Origin: Opitutaceae bacterium
GTDB taxonomy: Bacteria > Verrucomicrobiota > Verrucomicrobiia > Opitutales > Opitutaceae
DNA length: 64,000 nucleotides
NCBI GenBank assembly: GCA_016794785.1
Contig: JAEUHC010000007.1
Coordinates: forward strand, 43,710 to 107,709
Reading direction: 5' to 3'
The notes beneath the pieces were generated by a model. That model was given only the letters and a program-made list of their open reading frames with translations, had not been told where the DNA came from and made no database searches. Position numbers and translations under genes: made by a program. This document shows, piece after piece, positions 27,557-37,397 of the stretch (within the stretch, counting starts at the first letter, position 1; each line of letters begins with the position of its first letter).

Positions 27557-29329
27557 ATGCCCTCAACCCTGCGTCTACTTTCCTGCTTCCTGGCGGTCGT
27601 GCTGACTCCTGCGCTGCGCGCCGCCGCCGATGATTTTCCTCCTCACCCCGACTCGATCGCGCGGCCCGGCGTGCCCAAGGGCGACTTGATCAAATTTGAG
27701 TTTGCGGCGTCGAAGATTTTTCCCGGCACGACGCGCGAGGTCACGCTCTACGTGCCCCGGCAATACGACCCCGCGAAGCCCGCGTGCGTCTATGTAAACC
27801 AGGACGGCGTGCAGTGGGGCGCGCCCGTGGTGTTCGACAACCTGATTTCCCGTGGCGACATCCCGGTGCTGATCGGCGTCTTTGTGCGGCCCGGCGTGGT
27901 CAAGGCCGCCAACGGCCAGACCGCCCTCGACCGCTTCAACCGCAGCTACGAATACGACGGCCTCGGCGACGCCTACGCGCGTTTCCTGCTCGAGGAGCTG
28001 CTCCCCGCCGTCGAGACGAAGACCACGCCGGATGGCCGCGCAATTCGGCTCTCGAAGGCTGGCACCGACCGTGCGATCGGCGGATCGAGCAGTGGCGCGA
28101 TCGCGGCGTTTACGGCCGCTTGGGAACGTCCGGATGCATTCACGCGGGTGTTCAGCAACGTCGGCACCTTCGTCGGCCTGCGCGGCGGCGACATCTACCC
28201 GACGCTCATCCGCAAATATGAACCGAAGCCCCTGCGGGTGTTTCTCGTCGATGGCTCCAACGACAACAACATCTACGCCGGCGACTGGTGGATGGCCAAC
28301 CAGACGATGCAGCGCGCGCTCACCTTTTCCGGTTATGACGTGCGCCACGTCTGGGGCGAAGGCGGCCACAACGCAAAGCACGGCACCGCGGTGTTTCCCG
28401 ACGCGATGCGCTGGCTCTGGAGCGGCTGGCCTGCGCCGGTAAAATCCGCAGCGCCCACGAAGAACACGTTCCTTGCGCAACTGCTCATCCCCGGCGAGGA
28501 CTGGCAGCTCGTCAGCGAAGGCCACCGCCTCACCGAAGGCCCGGCTTCGAACGCGAAAGGCGAGGTCTTCTTCACCGACATCCCGAATTCCAAGGCCTTC
28601 AAGATCGGCTTGGACGGCAAGGTCACGCTCGTGCGGGAAAACACCAACCGCACCAACGGTCAGGCCTTCGGGCCCGACGGGCGGCTCTACGTCGCGTCCA
28701 CCGGCGCGCAGCAAGTGCTCGCCTTTGACGCAGAGGGGAAATCGACGGTCATCGCCGAGGGTATCGCGGGCAACGACCTCGTCGTCGCAAAGAACGGCCA
28801 CATCTACGTGACCCACCCGCCCGGCGGCACGAGTCCGTTCAACGAGCCGAGCAAGGTCTGGCTCATCAAGCCCGACGGCTCGAAGCAGATCGTGGACACC
28901 GGCCTCCGCTTCGCCAACGGCGTCGCGCTCTCGCCCGACCAGACACTCCTCTACGTGGCCGACTACCGCTCGAAATGGCTCTATTCCTACACCGTCCAGC
29001 CGGACGGCACGCTCGCCAACAAGCAGCGCTTCTTCTGGCTGCACGAGCCCGACGCCATGGACCAGAGTTCCGCCGACGGCATCAAGGTCGATCGCGACGG
29101 CCGCGTCTATGTCGCCACCGCGCTCGGCATCCAAGTCTGCGATCAACCCGGTCGCGTGAACGCGATCATCCCCACGCCGAACGGCAAGATCACCAACCTC
29201 TGCTTCGGCGGACCGCAGTTCGACATCCTCTACGCGACCTGCGCCGAAAAGGTTTACCGGCGGAAACTGAAAACCACCGGCGCCCACGCCTGGGCCGAGC
29301 CGCTCAAGCCGGCCACGCCGCGGTTGTGA
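27557..29329 (+). CDS. Secreted esterase + SMP-30/gluconolactonase fusion
   Basis: GSSSG nucleophile elbow in the N-half; TEGP, NGVALSPD, DGIKVD, TNLCFGG beta-propeller. Confidence 0.85.
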   Translation: MPSTLRLLSCFLAVVLTPALRAAADDFPPHPDSIARPGVPKGDLIKFEFAASKIFPGTTREVTLYVPRQYDPAKPACVYVNQDGVQWGAPVVFDNLISRGDIPVLIGVFVRPGVVKAANGQTALDRFNRSYEYDGLGDAYARFLLEELLPAVETKTTPDGRAIRLSKAGTDRAIGGSSSGAIAAFTAAWERPDAFTRVFSNVGTFVGLRGGDIYPTLIRKYEPKPLRVFLVDGSNDNNIYAGDWWMANQTMQRALTFSGYDVRHVWGEGGHNAKHGTAVFPDAMRWLWSGWPAPVKSAAPTKNTFLAQLLIPGEDWQLVSEGHRLTEGPASNAKGEVFFTDIPNSKAFKIGLDGKVTLVRENTNRTNGQAFGPDGRLYVASTGAQQVLAFDAEGKSTVIAEGIAGNDLVVAKNGHIYVTHPPGGTSPFNEPSKVWLIKPDGSKQIVDTGLRFANGVALSPDQTLLYVADYRSKWLYSYTVQPDGTLANKQRFFWLHEPDAMDQSSADGIKVDRDGRVYVATALGIQVCDQPGRVNAIIPTPNGKITNLCFGGPQFDILYATCAEKVYRRKLKTTGAHAWAEPLKPATPRL

Positions 29330-29337
29330 AAAGCAGT

Positions 29338-29408
29338 GCGCGGTCTTTGACCCGCCCTTTGGCGTGTTGAGTGTCCACTTTTAGGGCGGGTCAAAGACCA
29401 CGCCCTAC
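29338..29408. repeat. GTAG-type REP inverted pair between convergent genes
   Basis: Arms GCGCGGTCTTTGACCCGCCCT / AGGGCGGGTCAAAGACCACGC, ending CCTAC. Confidence 0.7.
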
Positions 29409-30401
29409 CTACCGATCCGCGTAGCCCCGCGCGTGGCCCGAGTGCCACTTCCAAGCGGTGGCCACGATCGACTCGATGTCGGGGAACTTCACCTTCCAGT
29501 TCAGCTCGCGCTGCGCCTTGGAAGAGTCGGCATAGAGCGCCGGCGGATCGCCGGGGCGGCGGGGTTGCGCGATGATCTTCACGGGCCGGCCGGTGACTTT
29601 CTCGACGGCGCGGATGACCTCGCGGTTGGAGGTCGGTGTGCCGGTGCCAAGGTTGTAGAAAAGCTGCGCGCCGGGCACGGCGAGCCGGTCAAAGACAGCG
29701 ATGTGCGCGCGGCTGAGGTCGTCCACATGCACATAGTCGCGCAGGCAGGTGCCATCGGGCGTCGGGTAATCGGTGCCGAAGAGCTCCAGGTGCGGGCGGC
29801 GGCCGGTGGCGACATCAATTGTGACGGGAATCAGATGCGTCTCCGGGCTGTGGTCCTCGCCGATGGTGCCATCCTCGGCGGCCCCGGCGGCGTTGAAGTA
29901 GCGGAACGCTGCGAAACTGAGTCCGTGGGCGGGCGCGAGGGCCTTGAGGGCGTGCTCGATGTCGAGCTTGGTCTGGCCATACGGATTGATCGGCGCCTGC
30001 GGCAGGTTCTCGTGGATGGGCAGGGTCGCGGGGACGCCGAAGGTCGCGCAGGTGGAGGAGAAGACGAATTTCTTCACCCCCGCTCCGATCATGGCATTGA
30101 GCAGGTGCAGAGTGGCGACGACGTTGTTGAGGTAATACTTCATCGGCGCCGTGACCGATTCGCCGACGTAACAGTAGGCGGCAAAATGCATCACGACCTC
30201 GATCTTCTCGTCGCGCAGCACGCGGCCGACGAACGCCTCGTCGCCGAGGTCGCCCTCGTGGAGCTTGACCCCGGGCGCGAGCGCGCCGCGGTGGCCATAG
30301 ACGAGGTTGTCGAGCACCACGGGGCGGTGCCCGGCGGCGGCGAGCTGGCGGACACAGTGACTGCCGATGTAACCGGCGCCTCCAACAACGAGAACGTTCA
30401 T
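29409..30401 (-). CDS. galE: UDP-glucose 4-epimerase
   Basis: GGAGYIGSH, HFAA, FSSTCA, YGQTK, RYFNAAGA, RDYVHVDDL. Confidence 0.93.
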   Translation of the reverse strand: MNVLVVGGAGYIGSHCVRQLAAAGHRPVVLDNLVYGHRGALAPGVKLHEGDLGDEAFVGRVLRDEKIEVVMHFAAYCYVGESVTAPMKYYLNNVVATLHLLNAMIGAGVKKFVFSSTCATFGVPATLPIHENLPQAPINPYGQTKLDIEHALKALAPAHGLSFAAFRYFNAAGAAEDGTIGEDHSPETHLIPVTIDVATGRRPHLELFGTDYPTPDGTCLRDYVHVDDLSRAHIAVFDRLAVPGAQLFYNLGTGTPTSNREVIRAVEKVTGRPVKIIAQPRRPGDPPALYADSSKAQRELNWKVKFPDIESIVATAWKWHSGHARGYADR

Positions 30402-30462
30402 GCGGACGAGGCTTGTATTGCTTTCGCGGGGGGCATGGCTAGCGATTTTCCTTTCCGTCGTA

Positions 30463-31701
30463 ATGAAGCCCTCGCGCATCGTCATCACCGGGGTCGGTCT
30501 CACCGCTCCCAACGGCAACTCCCTGCCGGAGTTCCGCCGCAACCTGCTGGAGGGCGTCGCGGGCATCGAGCGCATCGAGGTCCGCTACATGGGCTCGCAG
30601 CTCGCCGGCGTGTGCCACTACGACCCGCTGAAATGGCAGAAGAAAAAGGAAGTCCGCGTGGGCACGCGCGCCGGCTCCATTTCGATCTATTGCGCGCGTG
30701 AGGCGCTGGCGGACAGCGGCGTGGCCTTCGACGCGCTGCCCAAGGACCGCATCGGGATCTACATCGGCTGCACCGAGCACGGCAACGTCGAGACCGAGAA
30801 CGAAATCTACAACATCTCGAAATTCGCCTACGACACGAAATTCTGGTCGCACTACCACAATCCCCGCACCGTCGCCAACAACCCGGCGGGCGAAGCCTCG
30901 CTCAACCTCGGCATCACGGGCCCCGCCTACACCATCGGCGCGGCGTGCGCGGCGGGTAACCTCGGACTGATCCATGCGACGCAGATGCTGCGCCTCGGCG
31001 AGGTGGACTTCGCGATCTGCGGCGGCGTGAGCGAGAGCATCCACACGTTTGGCATCTTCGCCGGCTTCAAATCCCAAAACGCCCTCGCGACGCACGACGA
31101 CCCGCACAAAGCCTCGCGGCCCTTTGACCTCGCGCGCAACGGCATCGTGATCGCCGAGGGCGGTGCGCTCTATACGCTGGAGCGGCTGGAGGACGCGCAG
31201 GCGCGCGGCGCGAAAATCTACGGCGAGATCGCCGGCTACCACGTCAACAGCGACGCCAGCGACTACGTCCTCCCGAATCCCACCCGCCAGGCCGAGTGCG
31301 TGCGCGCCGCCGTGCGCCGCGCGGGGCTTGAGCCGCGCGACATCCATATCGTCAACACCCACGCCACCGCCACGCCGCTGGGCGACATCCAGGAGTGCGA
31401 GGCCATCCGCGCGGTGTTCGGCGAAGGCTGCCCCGACACCCACATCAACAACACCAAGAGTTTCATCGGCCACGCCATGGGCGCGGCCGGGGCGCTCGAA
31501 CTCGCGGGCAACCTCCCTTCCTTCGACGATCGCGTGGTTCATCCGACGATCAACGTGGACAACCTCGACCCGCAGTGCGCGCTCCCGGGCCTCGTGCTCA
31601 ACCAGCCGCGGCAGGCGGCCAAAGTGGACACGATTCTCAATAATTCCTTCGGCATGCTCGGCATAAATTCCACGTTGATTGTTCGCCGCTTTGCGCCGTA
31701 A
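30463..31701 (+). CDS. Beta-ketoacyl-ACP synthase (FabF-like)
   Basis: AACAAG (Cys), NTHATAT (His), KSFIGHAMGAAG (His), NNSFG. Confidence 0.9.
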   Translation: MKPSRIVITGVGLTAPNGNSLPEFRRNLLEGVAGIERIEVRYMGSQLAGVCHYDPLKWQKKKEVRVGTRAGSISIYCAREALADSGVAFDALPKDRIGIYIGCTEHGNVETENEIYNISKFAYDTKFWSHYHNPRTVANNPAGEASLNLGITGPAYTIGAACAAGNLGLIHATQMLRLGEVDFAICGGVSESIHTFGIFAGFKSQNALATHDDPHKASRPFDLARNGIVIAEGGALYTLERLEDAQARGAKIYGEIAGYHVNSDASDYVLPNPTRQAECVRAAVRRAGLEPRDIHIVNTHATATPLGDIQECEAIRAVFGEGCPDTHINNTKSFIGHAMGAAGALELAGNLPSFDDRVVHPTINVDNLDPQCALPGLVLNQPRQAAKVDTILNNSFGMLGINSTLIVRRFAP

Positions 31702-31716
31702 CTGCGCCCTCTGACC

Positions 31717-31980
<264 letters not shown>

Positions 31981-32001
31981 GCGATCCTAAGGCAAAGCTG
32001 C

Positions 32002-32028
32002 AGCCGGGCCACGGTGCCCGGCTTTTTT
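32002..32028 (+). terminator. Rho-independent terminator after acp
   Basis: AGCCGGGC-N6-GCCCGGCT followed by a T-run. Confidence 0.75.
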
Positions 32029-32144
32029 GTTGAAGCGCAAGGTCGCCAAGGCATGAGCAAAGTTGCGCCGCAAAGAGAAGGGACGATGGATGTTTCTTCG
32101 CTCCGGCCTTTGCATCGTCGCGTCTTTGCGGTTCACCTCACTGC

Positions 32145-33563
32145 GTGAATTCCGCCTCACATTACGATGTCGCCATCATCGGCGCGGGCATGTCGGGGCT
32201 CGCGGCGGGCATCCGGCTGGCGCACTTTGGGAAGAAGGTCTGCATCTTCGAGCGCCACAACGCCGTCGGCGGGCTCAACAGCTTCTACAGCATCGCGGGC
32301 CGCAAGTTCGACGTGGGCCTGCACGCGATGACGAACTTCGTGCGGCCCGGCGTGAAGGGCACGCCGCTAACCAAGCTCCTCCGCCAGCTTCGCATCGAGC
32401 GCGACGAATTTGCGCTCTGCGAGCAGAAGCAATCGCGCATCGCATTTGGACCGCGCGGCGAGACATCGCTACGCTTCACCAACGACTTTGCCGTGCTCGA
32501 AGCCGAGATCGCCGCGCGATTCCCCGCGCAGATCGATGGCTTCCGCGCGCTGACGGCGGCGGTGCGCGCCTACGACGATGTTTCGCTCGACGCGCAGCCG
32601 ATTTCCGCGCGTGAGGTCGTGCGCCGGCACCTCACCGATCCGCTGTTGGAGGACATGCTGTTCTGCCCGCTGATGTATTATGGCAGCGCGACGGAGCGCG
32701 ACATGGAGTTCGGCCAGTTCGTGATCATGTTCAAGGCGCTCTTCCTTGAGGGCTTCGCCCGCCCGTTCGAGGGCGTGCGACTCGTGCTGCGCGTGCTGCT
32801 GGAAAAATACCGCGCCGCCGGAGGCGAGCGCCGGATGAAGTGCGGCGTGAAACGGATCGTCGCCCGTGAGGGCCGCGCCGCCGCGCTCATCCTCGACAGT
32901 GGCGAGGAGATCACGGCCGACCATATCATCTCGTCGATCGGTGCGCCGGAGACCGAGGCATTGGTTGCCGAACCACCGAAGACCAGTCCCGGCCCCCTGA
33001 GTTTTGTCGAGACCATCACGGTCCTCGACCGGCAGCCGGCAGCGCTAGGCTGGGGGAGTGACACCATCATTTTCTTCAACGATTCGGAGCGCTTCGATTA
33101 CGCACGGCCGGAAGCGGCGGTGGATCCCCGCAGCGGCGTGATTTGCCTGCCGAACAACTTCGACTTCGGGCCGGGGCGCGAACTGAGCGAGGGCGTGCTG
33201 CGCGTCACCTGCCTTGCAAACTACGACCGCTGGGCGCCGCTCTCCGAGGAGGCCTACCGCGCGGAGAAGGCCCGCGTGTTCGCCGAGGTGCAGCATAGCG
33301 CGCGGCGTTTCCTGCCGCCGGTGGACGATGCGACGCTGGCGGGCGCGACGCTCACGACGGACATGTTCACCCCGCGCACGATCACGAAGTTCACGGGCCA
33401 CTTTGGCGGCGCGATCTACGGCGCGCCGGTGAAACACCGGCAGGGCCGCACCTCGCTGGAGAATCTCTATCTGTGCGGCACCGATCAGGGATTCCTCGGG
33501 ATCGTGGGCGCGATGCTCAGCGGCATCTCGATGGCGAATTACCACATTCTCCAGCGCGGATGA
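32145..33563 (+). CDS. Phytoene-dehydrogenase-like FAD oxidoreductase
   Basis: GAGMSGL, FDVGLHAMTN, FTPRTI...GAIYG, CGTDQGFLGIVGAMLSG. Confidence 0.85.
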   Translation: MNSASHYDVAIIGAGMSGLAAGIRLAHFGKKVCIFERHNAVGGLNSFYSIAGRKFDVGLHAMTNFVRPGVKGTPLTKLLRQLRIERDEFALCEQKQSRIAFGPRGETSLRFTNDFAVLEAEIAARFPAQIDGFRALTAAVRAYDDVSLDAQPISAREVVRRHLTDPLLEDMLFCPLMYYGSATERDMEFGQFVIMFKALFLEGFARPFEGVRLVLRVLLEKYRAAGGERRMKCGVKRIVAREGRAAALILDSGEEITADHIISSIGAPETEALVAEPPKTSPGPLSFVETITVLDRQPAALGWGSDTIIFFNDSERFDYARPEAAVDPRSGVICLPNNFDFGPGRELSEGVLRVTCLANYDRWAPLSEEAYRAEKARVFAEVQHSARRFLPPVDDATLAGATLTTDMFTPRTITKFTGHFGGAIYGAPVKHRQGRTSLENLYLCGTDQGFLGIVGAMLSGISMANYHILQRG

Positions 33564-33575
33564 AGCAGGCGGGGC

Positions 33576-36500
33576 TCAGAACTTGAACGTGTTGGTCAGG
33601 AGAATTTGCAACGGAGGATCGAAGCGCACGCGGGCGACGGAGCCGTCGGGTTGATGGCGGATCGCGGTGACGGCATCGCTCGTCCAGTTTTGCAGGTTTC
33701 GGATGTTCAGCTGCGCGGTCCAGTCGCGGTTGCGCATGATCCGGAGGCGGTAACCGAGCGTGAGATCGACACTGAGCTCGGTGTCGGCCCGATAGGGGCG
33801 GGTGACGTCAGGCAGGATCAATCCGCGCGGGTCGTTCAGGAGCGGGTAGCCGGTCGCATAGGTGTCTTCCCAGCGGAGGGCGCCGCCGAAGGAGAATCCT
33901 TTCAGGCGCCCCTCGCTGAACTGATAGCGGCTGATCAGATTGAAGCGCCATTTGCGCTGCTCGGCCTGCGGCTTTCCCTCCTGGCCCTTGATGGCGTAGT
34001 AATCGAGGAGACGATCGTTGATTTGCTGTGTCGTCGTATTCCCGTTCACCGGCTCGACGGGAAGATTCCAGTCGAGGTCGCCATACTGGGTGAGATGCGG
34101 CACCCAGACTTTATCCAGGAGCGAGGTCAGCGCGGGCGCGATGTTGGTGAGGATGGTTTCCTGCTTGGCGGCGTTGAACGCGATGCGCCAATTGCGAGAC
34201 GGGTTGAGCGTGATCTCAGCCTCGAAGCCACGGGCTTCGATGTCGTTGGTGTCGGTGATCGCCCCGGCCCACTGGGTTTGTGAGGCACCGTCGGGCGCCA
34301 TGCGGTAGTTGTAGGCGGTCTTCAGTTCGTCGGTGAGAAAGGGCGCGATGGCGGCCCGGGCGGCGCGCGCTTTGGTGAGATTGGGATAGAGCGCGGCGAG
34401 CGCGGCATCGCGGGTGAGGCCGTCCTCGGTCAGGCCGGTGCCAGGATCGACGACGATGGCGTTGCGCACGGCGTCGTCGATTCTGCCGTCGTCATCGGCA
34501 TCCACCTCGCGGATATTGCGGTTCAGGTTGCCGAAATGGTTGAAAATATTCGTGTTCGTCTGGTTGAAGAGATCCGAGACACTGGCGGTCGCGCCGGCGA
34601 GGGTGGAGTCATACCAGTTGAGGCGCGCGACGACCTTGTTGTCCCAGAGGTAAACCGTGACACCATAATCCCGGCTGGTGCCGGTCGGGGAAGGCACGGG
34701 GCGGCGGAATTGATCCACGCGATCGGTGGCGGGGATGAAGTTTTCCGACTGGTTGTAGTGGAATGTGAGGTTGAGCGCCCGCGGCAGCTTGATGAGTTGC
34801 CGCGGCCAGCTCAGGACGCCACCGTAGCCAAAGATGTGGCTCTTGGAGAGCGTGAAGTCGCCATCCTCGGCGCGGAAGCGATCTGGCGAGAGATCGGGGA
34901 TCTCGTCGAGGCCCACGAGATTGGCCTCCGTGTTCAGCCAGGTCTTCACGGTGTCCTCGCGGTAGCCGGCGTTAACCACGAGGAGCCGTTCCCAGAAGAA
35001 CGACTGGGTGTTGAGCGCGACGGAGGTGACTTTGGTGTGCTGGAGGCGATAATTCCGCGCCGGCACTTCGCGGGGCGTGAACGTGCCCAGGACAAAGCCC
35101 TCATTGCCGTTGGCGCGGGAGGCATCGCCGATGTTCGCGTTGGTGGCGTCGGGTCCGAGATTCCAGCTTAGTTTTTGAAACGAGGCGTCGCGCGCAGGCT
35201 GGAGTTGGTAGTTGGCGGGGCCAAAGACGAAATCGGAAAGCTTGAAATTCGGATCGGTGAACGCCTGGGGCTGGGCCGGGCCGAGGTAGGCGTAGATGGG
35301 AACGTTGCGGACGTTGTTGGCCGTCTGGCGCGCGTTGGCCTCACCGATGTGAAGGGCCGGCTCGGGATCGCCGAAGGAATTGAACACCCAGTTGATCAAC
35401 TTCTCATCATAGGTTGAGCGATCGGCCAGCAGGGTGACGGTGTGGCTGCCGAGCAGGCGGGAAAGCCAGCCGCGCTTCATATGCTCGGCGAAATCGTATT
35501 TGGCGAATCCCGTGAAGCGCACGGCTTCGCGCTGCGTGTCGATGGTGCGCCGGCTGCCTTTGGTGAGGATGAACGGTCGCCCGTAGTTGGGATTGCGCAT
35601 CGGGGCCACGACCTTGGACGTCTTGTAATTCGGATCGGTGGGCAGCCAGAGCGTCTCGTTGATATCGAAGAGCACACGCGAATTGCCGCCGTTGAAGGCG
35701 ACAAAGTCGCGGCGGAAGAGATCCTGGGAATCGTAGGCGACCTCGAAGCCGGCCCGGCCACGCGCGAGCACCTGCTCAAGGGCCACATTGTAGTTCACAA
35801 AGTCGCGGGTGTAGTAGTCGTTGTCCCAGCCGAGATTCGCCTTGCTGAAATCCATCGTCTTCAGGTCAGTGAAGCCTTGGTCGAGCCAGCCGGTGCCTTT
35901 GATGTCGCTCTCGTTGCCGTGGTAAACGTTGTAGGGCGCGCCGGTCGAGGTGCGGTTGGGTGCAAAAAAGGGATCGCGCCCGATGTAGTCGGCCGCGCGA
36001 TATTGATCGGTGTAGGCGAAGGCAGGCTGACGGCCGTTGGTGCCGTCGAAGACGAGGCCGTAGGCGCCCGCGCCCCACGCGGCATTGCCGAGGCTGTTGG
36101 CATCGGGGGTGTTTCTCACGACGTATTTTTGCTTATCGGCGGCGGAAAGCCGGTTCCACTGCGCCTGGGTCGGGCCCTCGACGTGCGCGAAGCGCTGGAG
36201 GTTGTCGTAGGCGTTGATCGACATGCGGCCGACCACCGGGTCGTGCAGGAAGGTGGAGAGGTTCTGCTGCGGGAGGAGGACATCGGGGGCGTTGCCCTTG
36301 ATCCGGCCATTCTCGACGTAGGCGCGGATGATGGTGTTGGTGTTGCGGAAAGGCCGGAGGGTGACGGCGCCATACTGGCGGTCGTCATTCTTGTAGGTGG
36401 GCTCCTGCCGGTAGGTCGTCCGGTCCACCAGCATCGCGGCGTGAATCGCGAGGAGATTGGGCACGATGATCCGGTTCAACTTGAAGGAGCCGCGGTAGGA

Positions 36501-37133
36501 GGGCGTGTTGCCGCCGCTGCCGAGGCGCGTGCTAATCTCGTTGTCGTTATGAAATCGCGCCTTGCTCAGGCTCACGTTGGCGAGACCTGCCGGCGAACCG
36601 AGGCCGAAGAGAAACGAATTGGCGCCGCGGTTGATGTCGATGCGCTCGGTGTTGAAAGAGTCGAAGGGGATGTCGGTCTTGAAATAATTCCTCGAGCGAT
36701 CCGGCGCGGCGAGACCGCGGACGCGGCTGGTGCCGTCGGGATCGCGGCGTGCGCCGCCCGTGCTGGTCTCGCCCGCACCGCCGTCGCTCGCGCCGGTGAA
36801 ATTGCCCAGGATGCCGCCGACCTCGGTGCTGGTGGTGTATTGGAAAAGCTCCTCCACCCCTGTCACGCCGAGGTCGTCCATGAACTCCTTGGTGATGACC
36901 TGAATGGAGGAGCCGACGTTCTTCAGCTCAGTGCGGAGGCGGCCGCCGGCGAGCGTCTGGGTGGCGAGATAGCCAAGCTCACCGCTCTCCTCGACGAGAA
37001 AGGGCGAGAGTTCGAGCACGGTATCCGTCGGTGAGGATTTTCGATCGGGATTTGTCTGGCCGACTGACACGGGGGCGAGGCCCGCTGCAAACAGTGCAGT
37101 CACAAGGCCGAGGGGGTGGACGGTGTTTTTCAT
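33576..37133 (-). CDS. TonB-dependent receptor-like outer-membrane protein (Opitutus type)
   Basis: VLELSPFLV...GYLATQTLAGGRL plug, RIDINRGANSFLFG, C-terminal TNTFKF. Confidence 0.85.
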   Translation of the reverse strand: MKNTVHPLGLVTALFAAGLAPVSVGQTNPDRKSSPTDTVLELSPFLVEESGELGYLATQTLAGGRLRTELKNVGSSIQVITKEFMDDLGVTGVEELFQYTTSTEVGGILGNFTGASDGGAGETSTGGARRDPDGTSRVRGLAAPDRSRNYFKTDIPFDSFNTERIDINRGANSFLFGLGSPAGLANVSLSKARFHNDNEISTRLGSGGNTPSYRGSFKLNRIIVPNLLAIHAAMLVDRTTYRQEPTYKNDDRQYGAVTLRPFRNTNTIIRAYVENGRIKGNAPDVLLPQQNLSTFLHDPVVGRMSINAYDNLQRFAHVEGPTQAQWNRLSAADKQKYVVRNTPDANSLGNAAWGAGAYGLVFDGTNGRQPAFAYTDQYRAADYIGRDPFFAPNRTSTGAPYNVYHGNESDIKGTGWLDQGFTDLKTMDFSKANLGWDNDYYTRDFVNYNVALEQVLARGRAGFEVAYDSQDLFRRDFVAFNGGNSRVLFDINETLWLPTDPNYKTSKVVAPMRNPNYGRPFILTKGSRRTIDTQREAVRFTGFAKYDFAEHMKRGWLSRLLGSHTVTLLADRSTYDEKLINWVFNSFGDPEPALHIGEANARQTANNVRNVPIYAYLGPAQPQAFTDPNFKLSDFVFGPANYQLQPARDASFQKLSWNLGPDATNANIGDASRANGNEGFVLGTFTPREVPARNYRLQHTKVTSVALNTQSFFWERLLVVNAGYREDTVKTWLNTEANLVGLDEIPDLSPDRFRAEDGDFTLSKSHIFGYGGVLSWPRQLIKLPRALNLTFHYNQSENFIPATDRVDQFRRPVPSPTGTSRDYGVTVYLWDNKVVARLNWYDSTLAGATASVSDLFNQTNTNIFNHFGNLNRNIREVDADDDGRIDDAVRNAIVVDPGTGLTEDGLTRDAALAALYPNLTKARAARAAIAPFLTDELKTAYNYRMAPDGASQTQWAGAITDTNDIEARGFEAEITLNPSRNWRIAFNAAKQETILTNIAPALTSLLDKVWVPHLTQYGDLDWNLPVEPVNGNTTTQQINDRLLDYYAIKGQEGKPQAEQRKWRFNLISRYQFSEGRLKGFSFGGALRWEDTYATGYPLLNDPRGLILPDVTRPYRADTELSVDLTLGYRLRIMRNRDWTAQLNIRNLQNWTSDAVTAIRHQPDGSVARVRFDPPLQILLTNTFKF

Positions 37134-37397
37134 GGGCAGCGCAGGGTTTGGCTCCGGTTGCCTCCGTGACGACGGACTGGGAACGCGCGCTCGATGGCAT
37201 GCAGCGTGGCGCTCTTGCGCCGTCGCTGGATTCGGGTGCGGCCGCTTGGGGTCAATCGGAGCCGGGTGAGGAAATATGTCCCGGCTCCGGCCATAACTCA
37301 CGGCTTTCTGACTGACAAAGCAGTCAGGGTGATGGGCGCTCACTGTGCGCCCTGGGAGTGAAGCTTCAGTTCCGGCCCGGATGCCGGAACGCGGCTT

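Noticed and set aside
37202-37390. CRISPR array or known riboswitch
   Set aside because: Hairpins differ in sequence, there is no repeat-spacer period, and no B12-box or TPP consensus was recognised
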